DNA from: Bryobacterales bacterium
GTDB taxonomy: Bacteria > Acidobacteriota > Terriglobia > Bryobacterales > UBA6623
Reading direction: 5' to 3'
DNA length: 64,000 nt
Assembly: GCA_965206775.1 (NCBI GenBank)
Contig: CBDBKU010000003.1
Coordinates: 1,672,884-1,736,883, forward strand
Shown: one piece after another, positions 29,607 through 38,196 of the stretch
How positions within the stretch are numbered: position 1 is the first letter of the stretch
Layout of the letters: each line of letters starts with the position of its first letter
The notes under the pieces: model-generated
The model's input: the letters and a program-made list of their open reading frames with translations, nothing else
The model's database searches: none
What the model was told of the DNA's origin: nothing
Translations under genes and position numbers: made by a program

Positions 29607-29668
29607 CGGTCACGCGATAGTCACAATACCGTAACGCGGTAGTAGCCAGAACGTAAATCACCTGTCAC
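29607..29668 (+). promoter_or_regulatory. Pho-box-like array: six direct 7-mers phased exactly 11 bp apart upstream of phoX
   Basis: The 7-mers are CGGTCAC, TAGTCAC, CCGTAAC, TAGTAGC, ACGTAAA and CTGTCAC. Their GT cores lie at 29609, 29620, 29631, 29642, 29653 and 29664. The E. coli half-site is CTGTCAT with 11-bp spacing. The array ends about 60 bp before the phoX ATG. Confidence 0.45.
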
Positions 29669-29729
29669 ATCGGATCGATAGCCTCGGTACGACGCTCCCC
29701 TCGGGGCAGTGTCCATCCAAAGGAGATTG

Positions 29730-31820
29730 ATGCCGAAACAACGACTCTTCCTGTCCGGCGATGTCGGCTTCGAGGGAGGCGAACTGCGACGCTCTTGCAG
29801 CGACACTCTCGACGAGGTGATTTCCAGGCGCATCCTGCGTCGCTCGCTCCTGAAGGGCGGCGCAATGGCCCCGCTCTTCTGCCTGGGCGCGGTCGCGAAC
29901 CTCAAGGGACACCATGCTGACGAAGGCCTTTCGTTCTCTCCTATCCAGGGCAGCCTGGACGACGAGATCGCAGTGCCCGATGGGTACAAGTGGGCGCCCT
30001 TGGCCGCATGGGGCCAGCCCTTGACATTCGACGCTCCGGACTTCGATCCGGACAACCTGGATGCCGCCGCTCAGCGACAGCAAGTGGGATACAACTGCGA
30101 CTTCGTCGCGTGGTTCGACTACATCCGCAACTCCGGCATTGTCTGTGTAAACCACGAATACACGAATCCTGACCTGATGTTTCGCAACTACTCGGCAGAG
30201 AACACAACGCAGGCCCAAGTAGACTACGAGATCGCCGCGCACGGCGTGTCGATGTTTCTCGCCTCCCGCAAGGCGGCTTCCGACGGGCCCAGCTACGGGC
30301 TCTACGGCGGCAGCGCCTTCAACCGGCGCATTCACGGAGAAACCCCGATTACGATCTCTGGACCAGTGGCGGGCAACCCGCTTCTGGTGACGGCCTCTGA
30401 CCAGACCGGCCAGACGGTAAACGGAACGTTCAACAACTGCGGCGGCGGCGTCACGCCCTGGGGCACCTATCTGACCGCCGAAGAGAAGTTCGACCAGTAC
30501 TTCGCAAACAACAAGGCCGTTTCGCACGAGATGGCCAAGACCGCGAACGATCGCTTCGGCGTGGGAGAGGAAGGCGGCAGGCGCCCTTGGTGGCGCTTCC
30601 ATCGGCGGTTTGACCTGAACTACGAGCCGAATGAGATCAACAATTTCGGCTGGGTCGTCGAAATCGACCCCTACAGGCCGAAGTGGACTCCGCGGAAGCG
30701 CACGGCGATTGGCGGGTTCAAGCACGAGGCCGCGGCTACAACTCTCTCCGCAAACAGGAATGCGGTGGTGTATTCCGGCGACGACGCTCGCTTCGAGTAC
30801 GTGTACAAGTTCGTCTCGGACGGTGTCTACAACGAAGCGGACCGCGAGAGCGCCAAGCAACTGCTCGACAGCGGGACGCTCTATGTCGCGAAGTTCAACG
30901 ATGACGGGTCCGGCGAGTGGCTGCCGCTCGTCTACGAGAACGGCTCGCTCAATGCCAGCAACGGATTCACGAGCCAGGCGGATGTTCTGCTCTTCGCGCG
31001 GCAGGCGGGAGACTTGCTGGGAGCGACCAAGATGGACCGCCCCGAGGACATTGACATCAATCCGATCACCGGCAAGGTCTACGTCGCTCTAACTAGTGCC
31101 TGCGGCGGAAGTCCGTATTTCGTTGATATCCAATGGGTTTTGGCGATTTCCGGCGGGTGAAGATTCTGCCGGGAGGTCAGGATTCGCCGGAAATCCCACC
31201 GATTCGAATGGATTCGTGCAGATCTTCGCATTTTGGAGATCAGGAGTCACCGAAGCATGAATACAAGATGCTGTATGATCGATTCGCTCCAAGGATGACA
31301 CCCCGCCCAGATTTCGGGGGTTTTGTCGCAGGCACTAACTAACAACACACGGCGCGAGCCCGGCAACGACAACGGAGCGACGACATTCACTTGGGAGATC
31401 TTCATGCTGTGCGGCGATCCCGCTGACGAGGCTCAGGGAGCCTATTTCGCGGGCTTTGACACCAGCCGCGTGCGCAAGGTCGCGAACCCGGACAACTTGG
31501 CCTTTGACCAGCACGGCAACCTCTTGATCGCCACCGACGGGCAGCCGAGGAGGGTCGGCATCAACGACGGCATCTTCTTCGTGCCAACGGAAGGTCCCGA
31601 GCGGGGCTACAACCGCCAGATCTTCAGCGGAGTCGTGGGAGCCGAGTGTGCGTCGGTGATCATGAACTCCGCGCAGGATCTGATGCTGGTATCGATCCAG
31701 CACCCTGGCGAGGGCGGAACCCGCGAGGAGCGAGTCTCGACCTTCGGCGGACCGGTAGTCAATCGGCCGACCGTCGTGGCGGTCACGCGGATGCAGGCCC
31801 CGTACCGGATCGGCGCGTAA
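29730..31820 (+). pseudogene. phoX: PhoX-type alkaline phosphatase (DUF839) interrupted by a 242-bp insertion
   Basis: An AAGGAG ribosome-binding site precedes the ATG at 29730, and the Tat-type signal is SRRILRRSLL. The N-terminal ORF ends at a TGA inside the insert (31160). The C-terminal ORF resumes at ...ALTNNTRREPG and carries DNLAFDQHGNLLIATDG. Removing the insert and one AACT copy restores KVYVALTNNTRR. Confidence 0.8.
31095..31336. mobile_element. MITE-like non-autonomous element (242 bp)
   Basis: It has perfect 10-bp terminal inverted repeats, AGTGCCTGCG (31095-31104) and CGCAGGCACT (31327-31336). It is flanked by direct AACT copies (31091-31094 and 31337-31340). It has no credible ORF and is visibly AT-richer than the flanking DNA. 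Confidence 0.75.
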
Positions 31821-31826
31821 GCGGCA

Positions 31827-32149
31827 TTACCGGGCGGCGGGTCGTCCGCCGCCCGGACAGTCTCGCGTCAATCCGGAGAGCCGACACAGGTCTGCTATCA
31901 CCGCCATGAGAATCAGATTGGCACGTTCCGAAACGCAGCCACGGAATCCTTGCTGCAAGATCTGGCGGCTGGCCGCTACGCCGTGAGCGACGCTCCGGCG
32001 GATGGCAAGCGGGGCCGTTCGCGCAAGATAGGACGGAGCGTGGGGCACCGTGCCAAGTACGGCCCGCTTGCGGGCATCGTCGGTCCGAACAAGAAGATGA
32101 GACATCAACAACAGTGCTGATCGGAACGGGAGAGACTGTAGCCACGGCT
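31827..32149 (-). pseudogene. Possible C-terminal remnant of a DDE transposase truncated by the IS at 32150
   Basis: The minus-strand frame is open right up to the IS boundary. Its tail ...QGFRGCVSERANLILMAVIADLCRL resembles the RGL...a.a.NL.RL C-terminal signature of IS5/IS1182/IS4-type transposases. The match is weak and degraded. Confidence 0.3.
31830..31856 (+). terminator. Perfect 11-bp GC hairpin after phoX (CCGGGCGGCGG-gtcgt-CCGCCGCCCGG)
   Basis: The hairpin lies 10 nt after the phoX stop codon. There is no U tract, so it is an intrinsic-terminator-like or bidirectional stem. Confidence 0.4.
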
Positions 32150-32168
32150 GCGCCCATCTTTGGAGTTT
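32150..32168. repeat. Left terminal inverted repeat of the outer IS
   Basis: GCGCCCATCTTTGGAGTTT; its reverse complement occurs at 36533-36551 with one mismatch. Confidence 0.7.
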
Positions 32169-32356
32169 CGGCCCAGTCTAGGGCTATGCCGTAGCCGATT
32201 CGCTCCGCGTTAACCGCCTGAATCGGCGATTGTATCCAAGACAATGCCGATGACAACGCCGTGCAATCTCTTTATGTTCTTGTTTGGCCTGATTTCGAGC
32301 CCCGCCCTGAATGTGCTGACCACGTGCTGTCCACTAGTGTTGACAGATTGCCTCGC

Positions 32357-34336
32357 ATGCGATATCATCGGGCTGTGTTCGTCCGGCGCGTCGAAACTCG
32401 CTCCAAAGGCTCCGCCAGCGGTGTCGCTTACCGCTTGGTCCACTCCCAGCGCCAGGGCCCCAAGGTCCGCCAGCTGATCCTCGCCCATTTCCGTAGCGGC
32501 CTCGAGCAACGCGTCCCCCAAAGCCACTGGAAGCAGCTCGCCGCCGCCATCAAGGACTCTCTCACCGGACAGGCCCGCCTGCCATCCGCGCCCGCAGCCG
32601 ACCCTGAAACTCTCGCTCTCGCCCAGCGCATCGCCACCGAGGCCGCCGTCATCGCCCCCCTCGTGCGCAGCCGCCTCCGCGACGCCGGTTACGACCTCGG
32701 CTTCCGCATCGCCGACGACACTCCGCCCCAGCCGCCGACCGAATCCCCGCTCGCCCTGCTGCCCTCCACCCTGCGCCACACCAACACGCGCGAGGCCGGT
32801 GCCGCCCGCCTGCTCGACCTGCTGGCCCGCGAGCTCGGCCTGCGCGAGTGCCTCCTCCAGTGCGGCCTGCGCCCCCGCCACGTCCGCCTGGGCCTCGCCC
32901 AGATCCTGGCCCGCGCCCTGCATCCGGGCAGCGAGCGCGAGACCCTGCGCTGGCTGCGCGAGGACTCCGCGCTCGGCGAACTGCTCGGCCTCGAGCCCGC
33001 CGATCTCTCCTCCAACTCCCTGTATGTCGCCGCCGACGCCCTTTGGAAGCACCGCGACTCCATCGAGCGGGCCTTGTTCGACCGCGAGCGCGACTTGTTC
33101 GGCCTGCAGCCGCGCATCGTCTTCTACGACCTCTCCAACACCTTCCACACCGGACGGCCCCGGCATCGCTACGCCGCCCATGGACGCTCCCAGCAGAAGC
33201 GCCACGACTGCCCGCTGGTCAGCTTGGGGCTGCTGCTGGACGGGCAGGGCTTCCCGCGCCGCTCGGAGGTGCTGGCCGGCAATGTGGGCGAGGCGGGCAC
33301 GCTGCAGGCGGCGATCGCGCGGCTGGACAGGGTCGCGGGCGAGCGCCCGACGGTGGTGTTCGATGGCGGGATCACGAGTGCGGCAAACCTAGCCTGGCTG
33401 CGGGAGCAGGGCCTGCACTGGATCACGCTCGAGCGGCGGCGCAAGCCGGCCCCGGAACGCGAGCCCGACACGGAGTGGGAGAGCGCTGGCGGTCACGAGC
33501 TGAAGATCTGGCGGCTGGCAGCGACGGAGGCCGGCGAGGCGGAGGCCTCCGCACAGGCAGCGGCGGGCGGGGAGGCGCGCCTGTGCGTGTGGAGTCCGGC
33601 CCGGGACAAGGACGAGCAGTCGCTGCTGGATCGCAAGCGGGAGCGCTTCGAGGCGGCACTGCGCTCGCTGCACGCAGGGCTGAGCGTGAAGGGCCGGCTG
33701 AAGGCCTTCGACAAGGTGACGCGCAAAGTCGGGCGGATCGAGGAGACGCACAAGCTGGTGGCGTGCCAGTACACGGTGACGGTGCAAGCCGGGGAGAAAG
33801 GCAAGGCCGCGGCGGTGCAATGGGAGCCGAACCAGCGGTACCGGGAGCGCGACCGGGTCCAAGGCACGAGCCTGCTGCGCACGAGCCGGGTGGATTGGGA
33901 CGACCAGCGGATCGTGCGGGAATACTGCCGCCTGGCCGACATCGAGGCGACCTTCCGCTCGTTCAAGGACGAGCTGGGCCTGCGCCCGATCTACCACAGT
34001 CTAGGCGAGCGGGTCGCGGGACACCTGTTCCTGACCGTGCTGGCGTACCACCTGGTGCACGCCTTGCGCTATCGCCTGCGTGCGCGAGGGATCAGCTGGA
34101 GCTGGAAGTCGATCCGGAATCGGATGCGCACCTGGATGCGGCTGACCACCACGATGCGGACGGCTCAGGGGAAGGTTTGGAGCCAGCGCCAGGACGTGGA
34201 CCCGAATCCGGAGCAGGCACGCATCGCCGCCGCTGCGGGGCTGAGCTTCCGACGCCACCCCCGCACCGTGCCCGTGGATCAAGGCAAGATCCAAACGGAC
34301 CGAGAAAGCGAGGCAAGTCCCAGCAACAAAGTGTAG
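32357..34336 (+). CDS. IS1634-family (IS4 superfamily) DDE transposase
   Basis: 659 aa from the ATG at 32357. The N-terminus MRYHRAVFVRRVETRSKGSASGVAYRLVHSQRQG follows the IS1634 pattern (FxRxVxxKxKGKxYxYxLVES.R). The C-terminus LFLTVLAYHLVHALR is typical of DDE_Tnp_1. Confidence 0.8.
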   Translation: MRYHRAVFVRRVETRSKGSASGVAYRLVHSQRQGPKVRQLILAHFRSGLEQRVPQSHWKQLAAAIKDSLTGQARLPSAPAADPETLALAQRIATEAAVIAPLVRSRLRDAGYDLGFRIADDTPPQPPTESPLALLPSTLRHTNTREAGAARLLDLLARELGLRECLLQCGLRPRHVRLGLAQILARALHPGSERETLRWLREDSALGELLGLEPADLSSNSLYVAADALWKHRDSIERALFDRERDLFGLQPRIVFYDLSNTFHTGRPRHRYAAHGRSQQKRHDCPLVSLGLLLDGQGFPRRSEVLAGNVGEAGTLQAAIARLDRVAGERPTVVFDGGITSAANLAWLREQGLHWITLERRRKPAPEREPDTEWESAGGHELKIWRLAATEAGEAEASAQAAAGGEARLCVWSPARDKDEQSLLDRKRERFEAALRSLHAGLSVKGRLKAFDKVTRKVGRIEETHKLVACQYTVTVQAGEKGKAAAVQWEPNQRYRERDRVQGTSLLRTSRVDWDDQRIVREYCRLADIEATFRSFKDELGLRPIYHSLGERVAGHLFLTVLAYHLVHALRYRLRARGISWSWKSIRNRMRTWMRLTTTMRTAQGKVWSQRQDVDPNPEQARIAAAAGLSFRRHPRTVPVDQGKIQTDRESEASPSNKV

Positions 34337-34398
34337 TGCCTTCAAATCCACTTGGCGGAATTCTTGGTCAATAGAATCAATGACTTACAAATGTGAAT

Positions 34399-34436
34399 CA
34401 CCGATTTTCATTTCCAATATAGAGACCTAATTTTGG
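34399..34436. repeat. Left terminal inverted repeat of the nested IS
   Basis: CACCGATTTTCATTTCCAATATAGAGACCTAATTTTGG aligns with the reverse complement of 36486-36521 with a few mismatches and indels. Confidence 0.75.
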
Positions 34437-34471
34437 CGATAAAGCCAAGCACGAGCGACGCCCCATGGGAT

Positions 34472-36191
34472 TCATGATCGGGAAGCTCCGTTAAAGACGA
34501 GTTGGCGGTTGCCCAGCCAGGGGATGCGCGTGGTGCCGACGGTCTGGAGGGCCTCCAGCAGGGCGGGCAGGTCCCGTTTCTTCTTCAGCGAGACGGTGCA
34601 CAGGTCCGGTGTGAGGGAGATGTCGGCGGCGGTGCAGAGGAGCTTCTCGTAGAGCGAGCGGGCGGTGAGCTGGCGGTAGCCGGGCGGAAGATCGAGGGCG
34701 AGCAGGCGCAGGAGATTGTAAGCGAGGACGGTCATGGCAAGGTCGAAATCGACCTTGATGACCATGGAGGAGGAGAGGAGGTGGAAGAAGGCGAGCTGCT
34801 CGGCAATGGATTGCTCGACGAGCCAGCGGCGGGCGTAGCGGCGCAGGATGGCGGCAAGGCTGGAGTCGAAATCGTTGGTGAGCAGCAGGGAGGGGCGCCG
34901 GTGTTCGCCGCGCAGGATGGTGATCTGGCGCAATTCGCCGCCGAAGTCGCGCAGCGCGACAGTTGCGTCGTGGGCGGTGACCAGGCGCGTGCCCGAGGCA
35001 GCGGGGACACGGATGCTGCGCAAGGAGGACTTGTCGAGAGCGCGCGCGTTGGCGAGCAGGCGCTTGCCGCGGCGGCGGACGGTGACGAACAGGATGCCTT
35101 CCTGGTCGAGGCGGGCGAGGCTGGCGTAGGTGGTGAAACGGCTGTCGAAGACGAGGTAGCGGATGGGCGGGCCGTGGCGGCGGGAGAAGTCGAGGAACTC
35201 GAGGGCGGTGCCGGCGCTGGTCTCATTGCGGACGCTGCTGGCGTCGGCCTGCAGGAGCAGGCCGGAGTCGGGGTCCTGGGCGAGGGCGGCGGAGATGCTG
35301 ACGAGGGAGCGGCCGCGAGTGCCGGACCAATGCCTTTGCAGGGTGGCGTCATCGCCCCAGTGGGGCAAGGTGGTGAAATCGAGGTTGGCGGAGTCGCCGG
35401 CGAGGCCCTTGGCGGTCCAGATGGAGGCGAGGGCACCGAGCAGGCGCTGGTTCATGGCGCGCGTGGTGCGATCGGAATACGAGGAAAGCGAGGCGGTCTT
35501 GGGCAGGACGTTGAGGCCGGCGAAGAGGCCGAGGCCGCGATCCATGCACCACAGGTCGTCGGCGCTGTAGCGGCGGGCATCGGAGAGCTTGAGGGCGACG
35601 AAGGCGAGCACCGACTGCAGGGCCGGCAGGGTGCGGGTGCCGGGGTAGCCGGCCTCGGCGATCGCGGTGTCGAGGCCGTAGCGGCGGATCCAGGGCAGCA
35701 GGCAGAGCGTGCCGGCGGCGCGCTCGGACTGGAAAGTCTCCTCCGCGCGCGGGTCGAGCAAGACGCTCGCGGGAGCGCGCAGGCGGGGCGCGGGTGCGGC
35801 GGGGCAGGCGCTGGAAGCCCTCCTCGCGCAAGACATGCCCGATCGCGCGCAGGCTGGGAGCGTCGCGCAGTTCGGCGTCGAGGCGGGCCTTGATGTCGGG
35901 CAGGGACAGGTTCGCCTTGCGCAATTCGATCACGCGCTGGCGCACGTCCGGCAGCGGCAGGACAGGAACGCGACCGGGGGCCTCGGGTGGTCGGAAGAAG
36001 AACGCGGCCTGGTCGTCCAGACGGCGGAAGTCGCGGGTCATCGCATAAACCGAGCCGATGGCATAGCCGAAGCGCCGGGCGACGGCCTCGGCGGAGAGGC
36101 CCTCGAAGCAGAAGGCGCGCAGGACTTCGTACCGCCGTTGGAGCGGGTTGGCAGGCTGGGCAAAGAATGAGGCGTCGGACTGGGAGGACAT
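34472..36191 (-). pseudogene. Transposase of the nested IS (N-terminal HTH plus DDE_Tnp_1-like core), split by a +1 frameshift
   Basis: The N-terminal frame runs from 36191 to about 35790 (MSSQSD...GFQRLPRRTR). The C-terminal frame runs from about 35764 to 34472 and is displaced by +1 nt. It carries the motif YARRWLVEQSIAEQ (Y-2-R-3-E). The junction lies in the GC-rich GCGCCCCGCC tract. Confidence 0.7.
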
Positions 36192-36485
36192 GGCGGGTGC
36201 CTGATTTAGGTTATCATATCGAATATGAAACAACTATAGCAAGTTAACTAAACACAAATCGGGTTCCGGGCCATCAGCACAGAAAGCATGCGGGATCCGG
36301 CACTTGCAGCCATTTCATGTCGCGCTGTCGGCTGCGGGGGCATGTTTTAGGCCCAACCGGGATGTCGCCTGAGCCAAGAATCGCTTGGCGTGCACCTAAC
36401 CTTCGCCGAACTCGAGAAATCCGTAAATCACTCAATTCAGGGATGTTGTGCGATCGGCGATCGATCTCAGGCCAGTCTGCGCACA

Positions 36486-36521
36486 CCAGAATTAGGGTCT
36501 AATCGGAAATGAAAATCCGTG
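36486..36521. repeat. Right terminal inverted repeat of the nested IS
   Basis: See the left repeat at 34399-34436. Confidence 0.75.
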
Positions 36522-36532
36522 TGAATTGCAAA

Positions 36533-36551
36533 AAACTCCAAAGATGGGTGC
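36533..36551. repeat. Right terminal inverted repeat of the outer IS
   Basis: AAACTCCAAAGATGGGTGC is the reverse complement of 32150-32168 (18/19). Confidence 0.7.
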
Positions 36552-36711
36552 GGTCTCATACGTGGTCACGTTGAACAAAGCCGGACATCTCGCGGAATCG
36601 GTCATTCGAGCGGTCGGAAGCTTCGATTGGTGGGCAATTTCAACCGACTCCCAGCCAGCCTTCGCCGCCGCCGGGCCTTGGCACGTTGCACACCGGCTCT
36701 AGCGCTGTTCG

Positions 36712-38196
36712 CTACAAATCCGAGCGGCCCTGCCAGATCACGACCGGCTTGCGGGCCGCCCGTGTTTCGTCCACCTTGCTTGTACGCGTGGTGACCGGAG
36801 CCTCGAGAACCAAGGCGGGATCCGTTTCTACTTCTTCAGCTATGGCCTGCATGGCCGAAACGAACTCGTCTAGCTCGTGCTTGCCCTCCGTTTCGGTCGG
36901 TTCGATCATCAAGGCGCCGCGGACGATGAGTGGGAAGCTCACGGTATATGGGTGGAAACCGTAGTCGATCAGGCGTTTCGCGATATCCCCTGTCTTCACT
37001 CCATGCTTCGCTTGCCTTGCGTCGCTGAAGATGCATTCGTGCATCGAAGGGGCTCCGAACGGCAAATCGTAGTGCCCCTCCAAGCCCTTTCGGATGTAGT
37101 TTGCATTCAGAACTGCGTCTACGGTGGCATTGCGGAGACCTTCGCCGCCATGGGCCAGGATGTACGCCAGAGCTCTCACCAGCACACCGAAATTCCCGTA
37201 GAATGCCCGGACTTTGCCGATCGACTGCGGGCAGTCCCAGTCGTAACGCAGCCCCACTGATCTTTCACGGATGCGAGGAACGGGCAGGAACGGCTCGAGG
37301 TGAGCCCTGACGGCGACCGGTCCGGCGCCGGGGCCGCCGCCCCCGTGCGGCGTGGAGAACGTCTTGTGGAGGTTCAAGTGCATGACGTCGACACCAAATT
37401 CGCCCGGGCGAGCGACTCCGACCAGCGCGTTCATATTCGCGCCATCCATGTACAGTTGAGCTCCGCGGCGGTGAAGGATTTCCGCGACTGGCGCGATGTC
37501 CTGCTCGAAGATGCCTAACGTGTTGGGATTCGTGACCATGAGCGCCGCGACGGACCCGTCAACGGCCGCCTCAAGCGCTCCGACATCGATCATGCCGCGT
37601 GCGTTAGACGCGATCTCCAAAACGTCGTACCCAGCGATGGCCGCCGTCGCTGGATTCGTGCCGTGCGCCGAGTCGGGGATCAACACGACCCGACGGGCGT
37701 CTCCGAGGGATTCCAGGTACGCCCGCACCAGCAGCAGGCCGGTCAGCTCGCCATGTGCGCCTGCGGCGGGCTGCAGCGTGACCGCGTCCATCCCGGTGAT
37801 TTCAACCAGGTACTGCTCTAGCGTCCTCTGGATGTGCAGCATGCCCTGCGCAAGGGATTCGGGCTGATACGGGTGCGCGTCGATGATCCCCTCGATGCGA
37901 GCGACCGCCTCGTTGAGGCGGGGGTTGTACTTCATCGTGCAGGACCCCAGCGGGTACAGCCCGAGATCAATCGCGTAGTTCCATGTCGAGAGTCGAGTGA
38001 AATGTCGGATGACCTCCACTTCGCTCACCTCGGGGAAGCCCTCGATGTCGGCTCGAAGATTTTCGCTACCGAGAACTTTCCTAGGGTCGATGGCCGGCAC
38101 GTCAAGACCGGGCAATTGGTAGCCAATCTTCCCCGGAGACGAGCGCTCGAAGATCAGCGGCTCCTCCAGCGTTGGGTGGGGGCGCACCCTACTCAT
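36712..38196 (-). CDS. gcvPB: Glycine dehydrogenase (decarboxylating) subunit 2
   Basis: The start at 38196 (MSRVRPHPTLEEPLIFE) overlaps the gcvPA stop by 8 nt (ATGAGTAG). The PLP-lysine region is HLNLHKTFSTPHGGGGPG. The longer ORF-track start at 38424 overlaps gcvPA out of frame. Confidence 0.9.
   Translation of the reverse strand: MSRVRPHPTLEEPLIFERSSPGKIGYQLPGLDVPAIDPRKVLGSENLRADIEGFPEVSEVEVIRHFTRLSTWNYAIDLGLYPLGSCTMKYNPRLNEAVARIEGIIDAHPYQPESLAQGMLHIQRTLEQYLVEITGMDAVTLQPAAGAHGELTGLLLVRAYLESLGDARRVVLIPDSAHGTNPATAAIAGYDVLEIASNARGMIDVGALEAAVDGSVAALMVTNPNTLGIFEQDIAPVAEILHRRGAQLYMDGANMNALVGVARPGEFGVDVMHLNLHKTFSTPHGGGGPGAGPVAVRAHLEPFLPVPRIRERSVGLRYDWDCPQSIGKVRAFYGNFGVLVRALAYILAHGGEGLRNATVDAVLNANYIRKGLEGHYDLPFGAPSMHECIFSDARQAKHGVKTGDIAKRLIDYGFHPYTVSFPLIVRGALMIEPTETEGKHELDEFVSAMQAIAEEVETDPALVLEAPVTTRTSKVDETRAARKPVVIWQGRSDL

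Larger units (their letters stand above)
34399..36521 (-). mobile_element. Nested IS (2123 bp) with IS4-superfamily-type transposase
   Basis: The terminal inverted repeats are CACCGATTTTCATTTCC (34399-34415) and, reverse-complemented, CACGGATTTTCATTTCC (36521-36505), matching 16/17 and extending imperfectly to about 38 bp. It is flanked by a 5-bp direct repeat TGAAT (34394-34398 and 36522-36526). The ends are AT-rich. Confidence 0.8.
32150..36551 (+). mobile_element. IS1634-like insertion sequence (about 2.27 kb on its own) carrying a second IS nested near its right end
   Basis: It has 19-bp terminal inverted repeats, GCGCCCATCTTTGGAGTTT (32150-32168) and AAACTCCAAAGATGGGTGC (36533-36551), matching 18/19. 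One long transposase ORF lies inside. The right terminal 25 bp is separated from the rest by the nested element. Confidence 0.7.

Noticed and set aside
29658-30860. A 400-aa ORF antisense to phoX
   Set aside because: It has no recognisable domains and an antisense-type composition (Val/Arg/Ala/Gly-rich), while the sense strand encodes a well-supported PhoX.
34333-34345. Similarity between the MITE terminus (TAGTGCCTGCG) and TAGTGCCTTC at the stop codon of the IS1634-like transposase
   Set aside because: Only about 9 nt match and the similarity does not continue. The position is not an IS terminus, so it is most likely coincidence.
32848-35893. Long alternative-frame and antisense ORFs inside the two transposase genes (32848-34374 plus strand, 34502-35893 plus strand, 32210-33205 minus strand)
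   Set aside because: Their composition is extremely Arg/Pro/Gly/Ala-biased with no motifs. They are GC-driven open frames that overlap credible transposase ORFs.
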